A DNA stretch of 64,000 nt from Muribaculaceae bacterium (GCA_028689665.1 JAQVCR010000013.1:2-64001); one strand, 5' to 3'; counted from the first letter of the stretch, positions 1-10,805 are shown. The notes: generated by a model not told the origin, from the sequence alone. Translations and numbers: made by a program.

Positions 1-3000
1 CCGGCTGCATCTACTAGTGTTACGAGTCCTTTAAGCTCTTTAAATTCATTAGGATTGGTGTCGGTCAAAGAGATAGAACCGTCGGCTAATGTTAGATCGC
101 CTAGATTTGAATAAAGTACTGTTCCAACAGCCTTGATTCCACATTTCACTGTTGCATATTCGTTAATTTGTGGAGCTACAAAGAATATTGGTTCTTTTCC
201 GATAAAGTTATCGGCTTGATATACATTCTTTGGATAGTCGGTCGATGCCATACCTTTTGTTAATGGTTCTGCTACTATCAATGTAGGTACGGCTGCTGTG
301 CCATCATATTTTCCTACAAAGCCTAGGTCAATTGCAAAATCAACATAGTTCTCAGGATTTGCTATCTTTATTGCTATCCAGTCGCGTTGGTCAAAGTTTG
401 CCTCTTCGTCATTGTAATATTCTGTATTGCCTGCAGGTTTTGTCGATGTAGAAGAACAAACGCTGGTAGCGGTCGAAGCATACAAAACTCCATTAGCTAC
501 ATCGGCATAAACTCCTTGAAGTGGTATATTAACCTTATAGAAAGCTCCATCAACACCCTTAGTCAACACCGCACTTAGATTTGTCTCGACTGCTGCCGGT
601 GCGCTTGTGGTAACTGTCATTAGTCCCGAAACATCAGAATCTAGATAATTCACATTATCGCCTTTTGCTATTACTGAATATTGATAGGCTGTGCTGTGTT
701 GCAATCCTTTTACGACTTCCGAAGTTTTGGCATTATCAACTGTGGTAGTAGTTGCTTGCAATATCTTGATATCATCAACAAATGTACGTAAGCTACTTTT
801 AATTGTAACAATTGCTGTGGCTGTCCCTGATGTAAAATCTACCGATATTGTTTCAAATGCATCAGCCATCTTTGCAGAATAACTAACAGTCTTAGTCTCT
901 GCTCCACAAAGAATTTCAATATCGCTTTCTACTTCTGTCCAACCTTTTACATTTAGTACAATGGTGAAGGCTCCACCATTTGCCGATAAATCAATTGCAT
1001 CGGTTGATAAAGCTCCCACTTTACCAATTCTAACAGCGCCACCTGCCTTATAAACTCTTGTTGCTTCTAAAAACTTAGGCGTATACTCTTCCCATAGTGT
1101 ATTCGAACCAGTGTTAGTAGTATTGTTTCCACTAGTAATAGAAGAGAAATCTTCAGAGAATACTAATTTTGCAACAGTTATATCATAACCTGTTGCATTA
1201 GCTACTGCATCCCAATTAGCTGTGAAGCCTGATGAAGTTATTTCGGTTGCATCTTTTGCTACCGGAGCAGCAACTTTTGGAAGTGTGGCAGTACCGGTTA
1301 GTGCTATCACTACATCGGTTGCGCCGGCACTTGATAGTGTAAGTGTTGCTGTATGATTTCCAACGGCAGTTGGTAGATAAGTTACTGTAACTTGTGCATC
1401 AGCTATTGTCCCTGCATTAGGAGTTATTTTTATAGGATTTGTAGTAAATAAAGAAGCATCTGTTCCGCTAACTGTCAATGTAACATCTCCTGTTAGATTT
1501 GCTCCATCTACAACTATTGTCTGGTTGACCGAACTATTAATAGATGTTGCTAAACTTTCAAGAGTTGTGGGTGCTACTAAAATTGTAGGGGCGGTAAATT
1601 GATGCTCGGCAAATGAAATAATACTAAGCTGTTTAGTGGTTTTATAAGAAGAAGCAAATCCTATAATATCATATTTAGTAGTGGCATCGGTAGTTATAGC
1701 TAAGCCATAACTATTATAAGCATTAAATGTACCATCGTTATCTGTAATTGTATAGCTGCTTCCATATTCGTTTACTAAATTAGCATTTTTAATTATTACA
1801 TATTCATTTAGATATGGATCAAGCGTTGTTACCGAAGTCGTTGTTACTGCTTTAGGTGCTACTTCACTACCACTTGTCGCAGCTACAAATGTTTCATCAA
1901 TTGGAGTTAATTGATTATTACCGCCATAAATAGCAACTGTGCCTAAACAACCTGCCGGAATTACATCTCCGTTTTTATAAGTATTTGTCAATGCACCTAC
2001 TACTAGCATATTACTTGTACCATCTGACACTCCTAAATATTGACCTTGTTGGAAAATCACGGTTAGTGACATATTAAATTTCACTTTATCACCTTCTGCT
2101 TTTGTCTGCAATTCCGAAACCTGAGCAAGCGCTGTGAATGGCACAATCGTATATGTTGCAGTTGCTATATCACTCTTGTCAGTCCCTACTGTTGCATAAG
2201 CTTCGATGGTTGATGTTTCAGTAATCTCAAACTCTCCGTCATAGACTTTTTCAGGTCCTTTATTTATAGTATAGTGTATCTGCGCACCAATTGTAACACA
2301 CGCCATTCTTACTGATACTTTGTCGTTATATGTTCCAATTGCAGTCATAAAAATGGGAGTACCAATTGTTACTGCTTTTCCAGTTAGAGGAATTATCTGA
2401 TCGGTTGCGTCGGCACTTGATAGTGTAAGTGTTGCTGTATGATTTCCTACTGCGGTTGGCAAATATGTAATTATTACTTCTTTATCGGCTACTGTGCCAC
2501 CAACGGGAGTAATAGTAGTGGGAGTCACACTAAATTGATCTGCATTTGTTCCCGATATTGCACAAGTGATATTCCCGATCAAGTTAAGACCTCCAACTTT
2601 GATATAACTTTCACGACCAACAAATATACTCGACTCAATTGTCTCAACGGTAGCCGGTGATACGGTGATTTTAGGACCACTTAAAATTTCTTTATAAAGA
2701 TAGACATCTTTCTGTCCAGAGCTATAACATGAAAATATAGGAGTATTATACCGAATCCAATTATGCGTATAATTACCTAAAAATTTCATCGTAGGAACGT
2801 TTCCACTAAATGTAATAGATAATTTACAATCATTATCACTCTTTGCTTTGCTCCTTAAATAATTTTTTGAACTTGATGCGGCATATAGATATCCATTTGA
2901 ATCTTGTAAATACCATGCGCCGGTAGCTCCGGTTAAAGTCAATTCGGCAACTGTTGTCGGTGCCTCTATTACTAAACTGGAATTAATGGTAACATCTTCT

Positions 3001-3186
3001 GCTGTTCGATTATTACTTGCTTGATTTGCACTCATTGCCTTCGCAGAACCCGCTGTTGCCGAGCTAACTATCAAGTACTTTTTTCCAGCCTCTAGTTCAG
3101 CATCCGAGGTGATTAGTTTATAATCAGTTGCCCAAGCCGTGCTAAGTGTGAGCAACAATAATAAAAGTGTAAAAATTTTCTTCATA
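1..3186 (-). CDS. large secreted multidomain cell-surface protein (Ig-like/FN3-like modules); C-terminus lies beyond window edge; start region apparently frameshifted
   Basis: Not in the supplied ORF track because there is no stop inside the window. I checked every minus-strand codon in the frame with first bases at 3182, 3179 and so on, and found no stop down to position 2. Translation begins R-KIFTLLLLLLTLSTAWATDYKLITSDAELEAGKKY, which looks like a signal peptide. The only nearby ATG (3186-3184) is one nt out of frame. A duplicated module TYLPTAVGNHTATLTLSSA(D/G)ATD has 35 identical nt at 1326-1360 and 2412-2446. Confidence 0.65.
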
Positions 3187-3636
3187 AGTAATATGTTTTG
3201 TTGATTAATATTAGCAATACGAACAGTTATCCAGACATTGCAAAGCAATGCAATACAATCATTCTTTAGTATTTTACCGATAAAAACGCATATTTGTCTT
3301 ATAATTATGCGTATTATCTTATTTCTTTACAAAGTTATTATTTTATTCACAAATCACAAATTCAAAATTTCATTGTTTAGTATATTTAAAACACAGAACA
3401 CTCTAAAGCCCTATAACACATCACTATTAAACTAACATCATATTGTTTAACCTAGATTAACGTCATCAAGCGAAAATCAAGCCCCAATCCCCTGAAAGTA
3501 GCAACACCGTTACGACAATCCTGACACACAGCCACTCATAGACACACACCGCCGCAGAAACACAGAAACACAGAAAGAAAGACACCCACAGCCATCGACA
3601 CAGGCACCGACAGCGAGAAAGCAGTATCCCATACAT

Positions 3637-3738
3637 AGCCACAGAGTGGCTACACTATCCATAACCTAGGGCTTTTAAGCACTAGGAACACAACCCCCCT
3701 GATAAGCACCCCGAAGCGGGTGCCACCTCGCACGCTGC
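3637..3738. repeat. copy A of a ~100-nt intergenic element present three times in the window
   Basis: Shares with 10891-10970 and 13147-13250 the ordered blocks agccacag(a/c)gtggc, ccata(a/g)cctagg, ttttaagc(a/c)ctagga, gcac(c/a)ccgaag(c/t)ggg(t/c)gccacctcgc. All copies have the same orientation and each follows an A/C-rich, T-poor tract. Confidence 0.8.
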
Positions 3739-3771
3739 ATCAGTATACAAAAACCAGCAATAAGAAATTTG

Positions 3772-3811
3772 CAAATTATCGGCACTTATTTGATTTAGTG
3801 CCGATAATTTG
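3772..3811. promoter_or_regulatory. perfect 14-bp inverted repeat (caaattatcggcac / gtgccgataatttg, 12-nt spacer) 29 nt upstream of the abiEi-like gene; candidate operator
   Basis: Read directly from the sequence. AbiEi antitoxins are known autorepressors that bind inverted repeats in their own promoter. Confidence 0.45.
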
Positions 3812-3839
3812 TTAACTGTGCACACAAAATTGATATAAT

Positions 3840-4562
3840 ATGAGCAACGAAACGATAGCCTCCATACTTGATTATACTGAAAAGCACCGTAATTTCAGTA
3901 TAAAAGACTTGTTTGCCTATCTTCATGAAATGATTGGTATAAATAAATCATCCTTGTCATGGTATCTGTTCAAGCTCGTAAATGATAACGTGTTGGTCAG
4001 GACCGGGCGAGGAATGTATGCCAAAGCGATAAAACAGTCCTTTGCTCCTAAGCCAATAGATGAAGTGAAAGATATATATGATTTATTGCAGGTCAATTTT
4101 CCGTTTGCTAAATTTTGTATCTATCAAGGAGAGATTATTGCTCCTCTGCAACATCATCTTTCATCTAACCGTATCATCTATGTGGAAACAGACAGAGACT
4201 CAGCAGAAACCGTTTTCAATTTTTTGAATGACGGGAAGCGTGATGTCTATCTGCGACCTGATAAGGAAATAATATACCGGTATGTGGATATGGATAGCCG
4301 TACTTTCATTGTGAAAAATCTTGTTTCGGAAGCTCCATTGCAAAAGATATTAGGTGTTACTATGCCCACACTGGAGAAACTAATTGTGGATATATTGAGA
4401 GATACTGACTTTTTCTATTTGCAAGGCAGTGAAAGCAACAATATCATAGAAAATGCCTTTACTTTTTACACTGTCAATCAAAGCCGACTTTTCAGATATG
4501 CCGGCAGGCGTAAAGTGAAAAAGGAATTATCGTCAATTTTAGAAAATATGAATATTCAATGA
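3840..4562 (+). CDS. AbiEi-like antitoxin / wHTH transcriptional regulator (type IV TA)
   Basis: The N-terminal wHTH-like region ends in LVRTGRGMYAK (AbiEi-type rGvY motif). An ATGA overlap joins it to the downstream AbiEii-like ORF. Confidence 0.6.
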   Translation: MSNETIASILDYTEKHRNFSIKDLFAYLHEMIGINKSSLSWYLFKLVNDNVLVRTGRGMYAKAIKQSFAPKPIDEVKDIYDLLQVNFPFAKFCIYQGEIIAPLQHHLSSNRIIYVETDRDSAETVFNFLNDGKRDVYLRPDKEIIYRYVDMDSRTFIVKNLVSEAPLQKILGVTMPTLEKLIVDILRDTDFFYLQGSESNNIIENAFTFYTVNQSRLFRYAGRRKVKKELSSILENMNIQ

Positions 4563-5632
4563 TAAAGAAAGAGTGTTTTACGACAGAATGGATCGAACAT
4601 GTCTCATCTAAACTGCATTACAATGACAAAAACCTCATTGAAAAGGTAATCCGTGCATTGTCGTTGCTTGAAATGCTGGTCAAAGCCGGATGTCCCTTTG
4701 TTTTCAAAGGCGGAACTGCCTTGATGCTTATACTCGGAAAGTCTGCCCATCGTCTGTCCATCGACATTGATGTAATTTGTCCACCCGAAACCAACGTTGA
4801 AGATTATTTGAAATCTTTTGCCGATTTTTGATTTATTTACCTCGAACTTGTGGAACGCAAGCAACGAAACAATGCGGACATACCCAAAAGTCATTCTAAG
4901 TTTTTCTATCAGATAGCTTACCAAACCGATGCGGATGCGCAATCTTATATTCTGCTAGATGTACTGTACGAGGACATTCATTATTTCCATACCCAGAAAA
5001 TAGCCATAGACAGTCCATTAATACAACGAGAAGGAGAGCCGTTGATGGTAACAGTGCCTTCCACAGAAGATATTTTGGGCGACAAACTTACTGCTTTCGC
5101 TCCAAACACGACCGGAATACCTTATTACAAAAACGGCAGATCCTGCTCTATGGAGATTGCAAAACAGCTTTATTACGTGGGCAGGTTGTTTGAAAATGTT
5201 TCAGACCTGCAGATTACCACGCAAGCGTTCCGCAAAATTACGGCTGTAGAACTTTCATACCGCTCTTTGGTAACAGATGCAAGGCAGGTATTCAACGATA
5301 TTCGTCAGACTGCGCTCTGCATATCCACACGAGGAAAAGCCGGAAATGGGAATTATGATTTGATGCAAGATGGTATCATCCGTGCAAAATCATTTATGTA
5401 CAAGCAACGTTATCTGATAGATGATGCCATTATTGACGCTGCAAGGACGGCTTACTTAGCCACGCTGATTGAAAAAGGGATCACTGATATAGAACATTAT
5501 TCAAAAAATCCTGCTGATATAAAAGATTTGATCATTCAACCATCACTGACAAATAAGCTGAATAAACTGAAAAACAATCTGCCGGAAGCCTACTATTATT
5601 GGGCAAAAACGAGTGAGATACTGGAAGCATAA
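4559..5632 (+). pseudogene. nucleotidyltransferase AbiEii/AbiGii-family toxin interrupted by an in-frame TGA at 4829-4831
   Basis: Carries the motif FKGGTALMLILG...RLSIDIDV. ORFs 4559-4831 and 4850-5632 are in the same frame (both positions are 2 mod 3). The joined reading is ...KSFADF*FIYLELVERKQRN.... Confidence 0.7.
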
Positions 5633-5901
5633 GATTATTAAAATTTCGTGTACTATTTAATTCCGTATCTTATTCTCAATACTTTGATGAGTCATTTTAA
5701 TCTTAATTTTGTCGCCAATAAAATATTTTTGGCGACAGATTCAATGCAAATATACTATATTCAGGGAGACCTCAAAAATAAATTGCCAATTTTAAATATT
5801 CCATGTATTTACACATTCTGCTTACTGATATACTCATTTATATTTGGCAATCCAATCAGGCTTACCAATCTCCATTTTTCTTTCTAAATAGGGCTAGAAT
5901 C

Positions 5902-5940
5902 AAGTGTCCGGCTGCTTCGCTGAGAAGTAGCCGGACACTT
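5902..5940. terminator. 12-bp perfect hairpin between convergent genes (aagtgtccggct ... agccggacactt)
   Basis: Inverted repeat read directly from the sequence. There is no clear U-tract on either side. Confidence 0.5.
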
Positions 5941-5960
5941 TGTAAATATGGTAATAGATT

Positions 5961-8342
5961 TTATTTCACTATAATTTTCTTACCGCGGTTATCGTCGATA
6001 GCAACGATATATGCTCCGCTAGGCAAAGCTATAAATGTCTTATTTGCCGATACGGCAGCTCCTGCCACCTTTACAGCATCGAGTGAGTAGACTGCAACGT
6101 TTGCATTGTCGGCACACTCAACCACCACGCCATCGGCAGTAGGATAAACATCCCATTTGTCGCTATTTATCGAAGCGACCGAAGAGTAATCGGAAATTGA
6201 AATATCGTCGATATTAAAACGTTTACCCTCAGTCTTAACTATCTTAAAGCGAACTTGTCCGTTAATGTTTGCAGGCACAGAATGCTGAGTAAGGATAGTT
6301 TCGGTAATGGCAACTTCGCTGAGCAAAGTCCAATTTTGACCACCATCGACAGAATACATTACGTTAACCTTGGCATCAACGTCGGTGCCAAATAATGCTG
6401 CATAGAATGAGAAAGTGCCGGCTCCGTTAAGTTTGTCTTCAGCCATAGCCAATGAGCTGTCGGTTGCTTTACCAAAACGAGCTGCAAGAGCATCGTTGCG
6501 ACGAGGATCGTCCCATACACCTACTTCTTTGAAGTCCCATTTGCAAGCACGTCCGTCCATGATAGAATTATAATATCCACCTTGTTTTACAGTTTCAAAA
6601 TCTTCGAAGAAAGAGCGAGGAGCAGCAACAGTAGCTTTTAAGTCGGCATCTTCTCCGGTTAAAGTAGGAGTAGAAAGCGCAACGCTGCCAAAATATACAC
6701 CCTCTTTATCAATCTTCTTGCTGCGAATATAGAAATGTTCGCCCTCAGCGTTGATAGAAACCGATGACGACCAATTCTGTTTGTCAAGGCTTGCCTCGAA
6801 TTCGCCGGTGATAGTTGCAGTGATCTGCTCGGTAACATATTCGGTGTATACTTCTATATCAATAGGCTCGGCAACCTCACCGGGTAGAGAGTTGAAATTC
6901 AAACCACTTTCGGGATAGATAAGAGTAAGCACCGGAACGGGATCGGCAGTGCGAACTTTCACTACATTAGAAGATATAGTACCATTGGTGAGCGAATAAG
7001 AATAATCTGTGCCGGGTTGTAGTCCGGTTATAGTAGAGCTTTGAAGAGATGCTGCAACTTGTACAGGATAACCCGAAATTTGAGTAACTCCGTCGGCAGT
7101 GAATACATTAAGAGTGTAATTTCCACCGCTTACGTCGAGCCAATTAGCATCGAAGCGATCGGTAGATACATTAGTAGCCTTTAGCGCAGGAATACCATCG
7201 TAGGTAACAGCTTCAAGATTTACTTTTACACTAACCTCGGCACTGCTGATAGTAAGCACTGCCGAATGAGAGCCTGCAGTGGCACTTGTGTAAGTAAGTG
7301 CAAGATTAGCACCGCTAGTACTATTCACAGCATCTTTTGCAAGAGTGGAATTAGCCACAACGAAATGAGAATCTGAAATGCTTACATTAAGGTCTTGAGT
7401 GAGAGCAGTACCCTTAACAAGAATGTTGTGAGCTATGGGCTTGCTGATTGAAGTGATACCCATATCCACTTTTTGGTCGGCAACGGGAGTATAGATCACA
7501 GGATCGACAACGCCACCGGGCACCCAGCCTTCGTTTTTCTTATTACCCCACACATATTCGGCAAGTTCGGGATAGTCGATATATGGGTTTCTGTTTTTCT
7601 GATAGCCGTATACAACCTCGTTACGATTAATTTCTTTTTCGCTTACAGGGTCTTCACGATGCCATTTAAGGAGCAAGTTTAATGCCCACGAAGCATAACA
7701 AGGATAGCTGTCATGCGAAAGCATAGGACTATTCCAGCCACCAATTTTGTCTTGATAAGCCGAAGCCATATAGAAATAAGTACGGGCAAAGTCGCCTTTA
7801 TATTCATCAACCGGTTCAAACACAGTGCCTGAATATCCGGGGAATGTACAAGCTCCTAACTTTCCAAGAGCTTTAATATTTCCGTTAGGCGAAAGAGTAG
7901 TACCATTCTCGCACTCACCATAAGGATAATTACTGCGTTGACCATTCACCTTGCCGTCGGTAGGATAAATGTGATAAGCGTCGCTATACATTGGTGTAGC
8001 ATCGTTAAACCAGCTCTTAGGGAAAGAGTGTTCGCGATTATAGCAATCGCCAACTTGAGTATAATTTCCACATTGTTTCTGCCCCGGAACAAAATTTGCT
8101 GTAGAATACATATCCCACACATATTTGTCGGCGCGTACATCTGAAGTTAAATAAACTGTCCATAGTCCTTTGTAACTCACTGCGGTGTGAGGCCCTACAA
8201 TTGCATTAAGGGCGGTAAGTAATGCTTTTTGGCTTTTTCCTTCTGCCGACTTATAGAAATCGACCGGTGCTTTTGCCGAGACTTGAAACAAGCCGGTCAA
8301 AGCAATAATCAATGGCAAAAAGCCATGAAGAAACTTTTTCAT
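5961..8342 (-). CDS. secreted endonuclease I family nuclease with Ig/FN3-like modules and T9SS C-terminal sorting domain
   Basis: Has a signal peptide and the endonuclease-I motifs NREHSFPKSWF and YHIYPTDGKVNGQRSNYPYGE. The C-terminal tail ...LPSGAYIVAIDDNRGKKIIVK is typical of T9SS cargo. Confidence 0.8.
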   Translation of the reverse strand: MKKFLHGFLPLIIALTGLFQVSAKAPVDFYKSAEGKSQKALLTALNAIVGPHTAVSYKGLWTVYLTSDVRADKYVWDMYSTANFVPGQKQCGNYTQVGDCYNREHSFPKSWFNDATPMYSDAYHIYPTDGKVNGQRSNYPYGECENGTTLSPNGNIKALGKLGACTFPGYSGTVFEPVDEYKGDFARTYFYMASAYQDKIGGWNSPMLSHDSYPCYASWALNLLLKWHREDPVSEKEINRNEVVYGYQKNRNPYIDYPELAEYVWGNKKNEGWVPGGVVDPVIYTPVADQKVDMGITSISKPIAHNILVKGTALTQDLNVSISDSHFVVANSTLAKDAVNSTSGANLALTYTSATAGSHSAVLTISSAEVSVKVNLEAVTYDGIPALKATNVSTDRFDANWLDVSGGNYTLNVFTADGVTQISGYPVQVAASLQSSTITGLQPGTDYSYSLTNGTISSNVVKVRTADPVPVLTLIYPESGLNFNSLPGEVAEPIDIEVYTEYVTEQITATITGEFEASLDKQNWSSSVSINAEGEHFYIRSKKIDKEGVYFGSVALSTPTLTGEDADLKATVAAPRSFFEDFETVKQGGYYNSIMDGRACKWDFKEVGVWDDPRRNDALAARFGKATDSSLAMAEDKLNGAGTFSFYAALFGTDVDAKVNVMYSVDGGQNWTLLSEVAITETILTQHSVPANINGQVRFKIVKTEGKRFNIDDISISDYSSVASINSDKWDVYPTADGVVVECADNANVAVYSLDAVKVAGAAVSANKTFIALPSGAYIVAIDDNRGKKIIVK

Positions 8343-8386
8343 AATGTCTTTTGTATGATAATTTAGTAGTTAAGTTTTAAGTTTGG

Positions 8387-9427
8387 TCAGTGCTTGCTTT
8401 TTCCTGCCAGCATACCACAAGCAGCCATAATATCTTCGCCTCGGCTGCGACGTATCGTACATATCAACCCGCGAGAATTAAGAAACTCACGAAATTGAAT
8501 CATCTTTTCGGGTGTTGAAGGCATCAACTTGACTCCCGGTATTGAATGAAATTTAATCAGATTAACCCTCGCACCGGTGCGACGCAATAATTTAGCCAAA
8601 GCCTCGGCATGCTCAAGGTCGTCGTTAAGATTGTTCCACATTATATATTCTACCGACAGACGGCGTTGATGTGCAAAGTCATAATTTTTTAGTAATTCTA
8701 CCACATCGGCTATGGGATAAGCATTCTCGACAGGCATAAGCGATAATCGCTCGGTGTGATAAGGGCTGTGAACGCTGATTGCTATATGGACACTGCTCTT
8801 CTCGATAAGTCGCTTTAAATTATCGAGCTTGCCTATCGACGACACTGTGATGCGCTTAGGACTCCAACCAAATCCCCACTTTGCGGTGAGTATCTCGATG
8901 GTTTTCATCACTGCATCATAATTATCCATTGGCTCGCCCATCCCCATAAACACTACATTGGTGAGCGACTGCGATTGTGGCACGCTTACTATCTGATTGA
9001 GTATTTCATTAGCCGAAAGATTTCCATGAAAACCTTGCTTTCCTGTCATGCAAAACAAGCAATTCATCTTGCATCCTTTCTGCGAAGATATACACAGAGT
9101 GGCGCGATCGTCTTCGGGAATATAGACACTCTCAACGGCATTGCCATCGCTCGATGAGAATAAATATTTTATCGTGCCATCGGCACTGCTCGATTGTGTG
9201 TCGGCCGACGTACAGCCAACACAATATTTAGATGTTAAGCGATTTCGTGCTTCTTTCGAAAGATTTGTCATCTCTTCAATAGTCGAAACTCGCTTTTCAT
9301 ATATCCACTTAGCTATCTGGGCTCCTTGAAATGCGGGAAGTCCGTTGTCGGTCGCTACCTCTTTTAATTCGTCGAGGTTAAGTCCCATTAAAGGGATTAA
9401 ATATTGACTTTTGTCGTTGTTGACCAT
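8387..9427 (-). CDS. rlmN: 23S rRNA/tRNA (adenine-C2)-methyltransferase RlmN (radical SAM)
   Basis: Radical-SAM cluster motif CKMNCLFCMTG, plus the RlmN-like N-terminal domain and the C-terminal ACGML. Confidence 0.85.
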   Translation of the reverse strand: MVNNDKSQYLIPLMGLNLDELKEVATDNGLPAFQGAQIAKWIYEKRVSTIEEMTNLSKEARNRLTSKYCVGCTSADTQSSSADGTIKYLFSSSDGNAVESVYIPEDDRATLCISSQKGCKMNCLFCMTGKQGFHGNLSANEILNQIVSVPQSQSLTNVVFMGMGEPMDNYDAVMKTIEILTAKWGFGWSPKRITVSSIGKLDNLKRLIEKSSVHIAISVHSPYHTERLSLMPVENAYPIADVVELLKNYDFAHQRRLSVEYIMWNNLNDDLEHAEALAKLLRRTGARVNLIKFHSIPGVKLMPSTPEKMIQFREFLNSRGLICTIRRSRGEDIMAACGMLAGKSKH

Positions 9428-9452
9428 TGTAATTTTTTTAAAGCAAAGAGTG

Positions 9453-9460
9453 CAAATTTA
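9453..9460 (-). promoter_or_regulatory. Bacteroidetes -7 box (TAAATTTG on minus strand) upstream of rlmN
   Basis: Matches TAnnTTTG about 25 nt upstream of the ATG at 9427. Confidence 0.5.
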
Positions 9461-9601
9461 CTGCTTTATTTTGTATATTCCATAATTAGTAGATAAAGAT
9501 TTTTGAATATTTGTTAATATATACATATACCAACCCGGCATAAGCAAGAACACAAAAAGGTTAATGTAGGTTAATTTGCTGTTGTTTAAGCTATTTCGTA
9601 T

Positions 9602-9609
9602 TATCTTTG
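9602..9609 (+). promoter_or_regulatory. -7 box TATCTTTG upstream of LruC-domain gene
   Basis: Matches TAnnTTTG about 40 nt upstream of the ATG at 9651. Confidence 0.55.
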
Positions 9610-9650
9610 TACCGGAAATAGTACTATTTAATACTAAAAGACTATATAAA

Positions 9651-10766
9651 ATGAAAAAATTATTCTTATTATTCGCACTAGTATCATTGCTAGCATCTTG
9701 TGTTGAAAAAATAGAAGATGGAGGAAACACAAAAACAATTGAAGTTTCTTACGACGCAATTCGTCCTTTGACTGAGATGACAGTCGAAGCAAAAGAGGGT
9801 TACATTACTCATGTAATTCAAAGCGCAGACACTCTAGCCTCTCTTACACAGACCACTCGTATATTAGTCCCCAGAAGTCAAAAATCGACTGCCAACAGAG
9901 CAGCCGAAGACATAAAAATATCCTACGAGTCAATGAGCAGCACCAGCACAACTAACGGAGATACAATGAAAAATCTTTATGTGCTTATGTTTGAAGACTC
10001 TAAAGGTAATAACGACAACGACTACAACGACGTAATTATTCACGTTCGCCAAACTCTTAATAAGCTCAAAACCGGAGTAGAGATGAAAATAGAGCTTCAG
10101 CCGGTAGCGATGGGTAATACACGCAAAATGGGATTTGGTTGCGATGTGTATATCCTTGACGCTAACAACAACCTCGTTAAATCGGCAGAATTTATATTTA
10201 CAAACGATATCAAAGTCGATTATTTCAAAGTAAACGACGTGCTTAAGATGATCAACACTTATTCTTATGGTCGTCCTTTGAATGGATATCCTACTTTATC
10301 TACTAAAATAGTTTCGGGTAAAGATTTGATTACCGGTGCTGAATACTCGGCTTTGAACTACCGAGCAAACGGAACGGGATTCTTGCCTCAAACCATTGAA
10401 AGCACCGATATTATTTATATAAATTGGTTTATTCAGAATGATAAAGGCGAGAAATGTTACACCGTGCCAAGCTATAAATCAGACACCCTAGATTGGCTTT
10501 CTGAAGCCGGATATCCAATTGGATTGCTTATTTCCGACATTAGTGAAGCTATATATAAAGATTCTGAAGGTACTGCATGTGGAAAAGACTGGATTAACTA
10601 CCCTTCTGAGGGCGTGAATATTGAAAAAGTATTCCCCGGTTTCACATCATGGTTACAAGGTACAAGTGTAGCTCCCGATTTCACAAAACCGGTAGATGGA
10701 ACATATATCGATGCTATTACAAATTATGGTGGCGTTTCGCTATACGATATGAAATATTTCAAATAA
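9651..10766 (+). CDS. LruC-domain (DUF4842) lipoprotein
   Basis: The start is moved to MKKLFLLFALVSLLASC (lipobox). The motif MFEDSKGNNDNDYNDVIIHV resembles the LruC DYDFNDxV core. Confidence 0.65.
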   Translation: MKKLFLLFALVSLLASCVEKIEDGGNTKTIEVSYDAIRPLTEMTVEAKEGYITHVIQSADTLASLTQTTRILVPRSQKSTANRAAEDIKISYESMSSTSTTNGDTMKNLYVLMFEDSKGNNDNDYNDVIIHVRQTLNKLKTGVEMKIELQPVAMGNTRKMGFGCDVYILDANNNLVKSAEFIFTNDIKVDYFKVNDVLKMINTYSYGRPLNGYPTLSTKIVSGKDLITGAEYSALNYRANGTGFLPQTIESTDIIYINWFIQNDKGEKCYTVPSYKSDTLDWLSEAGYPIGLLISDISEAIYKDSEGTACGKDWINYPSEGVNIEKVFPGFTSWLQGTSVAPDFTKPVDGTYIDAITNYGGVSLYDMKYFK

Positions 10767-10805
10767 AGATATAATATACTGCGAAAACAACACACACAAT
10801 AAATA

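Noticed and set aside
3238-3435. A 65-aa ORF in the AT-rich region upstream of the surface-protein gene. A small palindrome cattgc-aaa-gcaatg lies at 3237-3251.
   Set aside because: The peptide is low-complexity and I/L/F/K-rich, typical of AT-rich non-coding DNA. The palindrome is short and has no supporting context.
4829-4831. The in-frame TGA as selenocysteine or a recoded sense codon.
   Set aside because: The adjacent abiEi-like gene and several other genes in the window terminate with TGA. No SECIS-like hairpin follows. A nonsense mutation is the simpler explanation.
5648-6090. Small ORFs 5648-5887 and 5803-6090 between or overlapping convergent genes.
   Set aside because: They show no recognisable motifs. 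The second overlaps the nuclease gene 3' end and the hairpin at 5902-5940.
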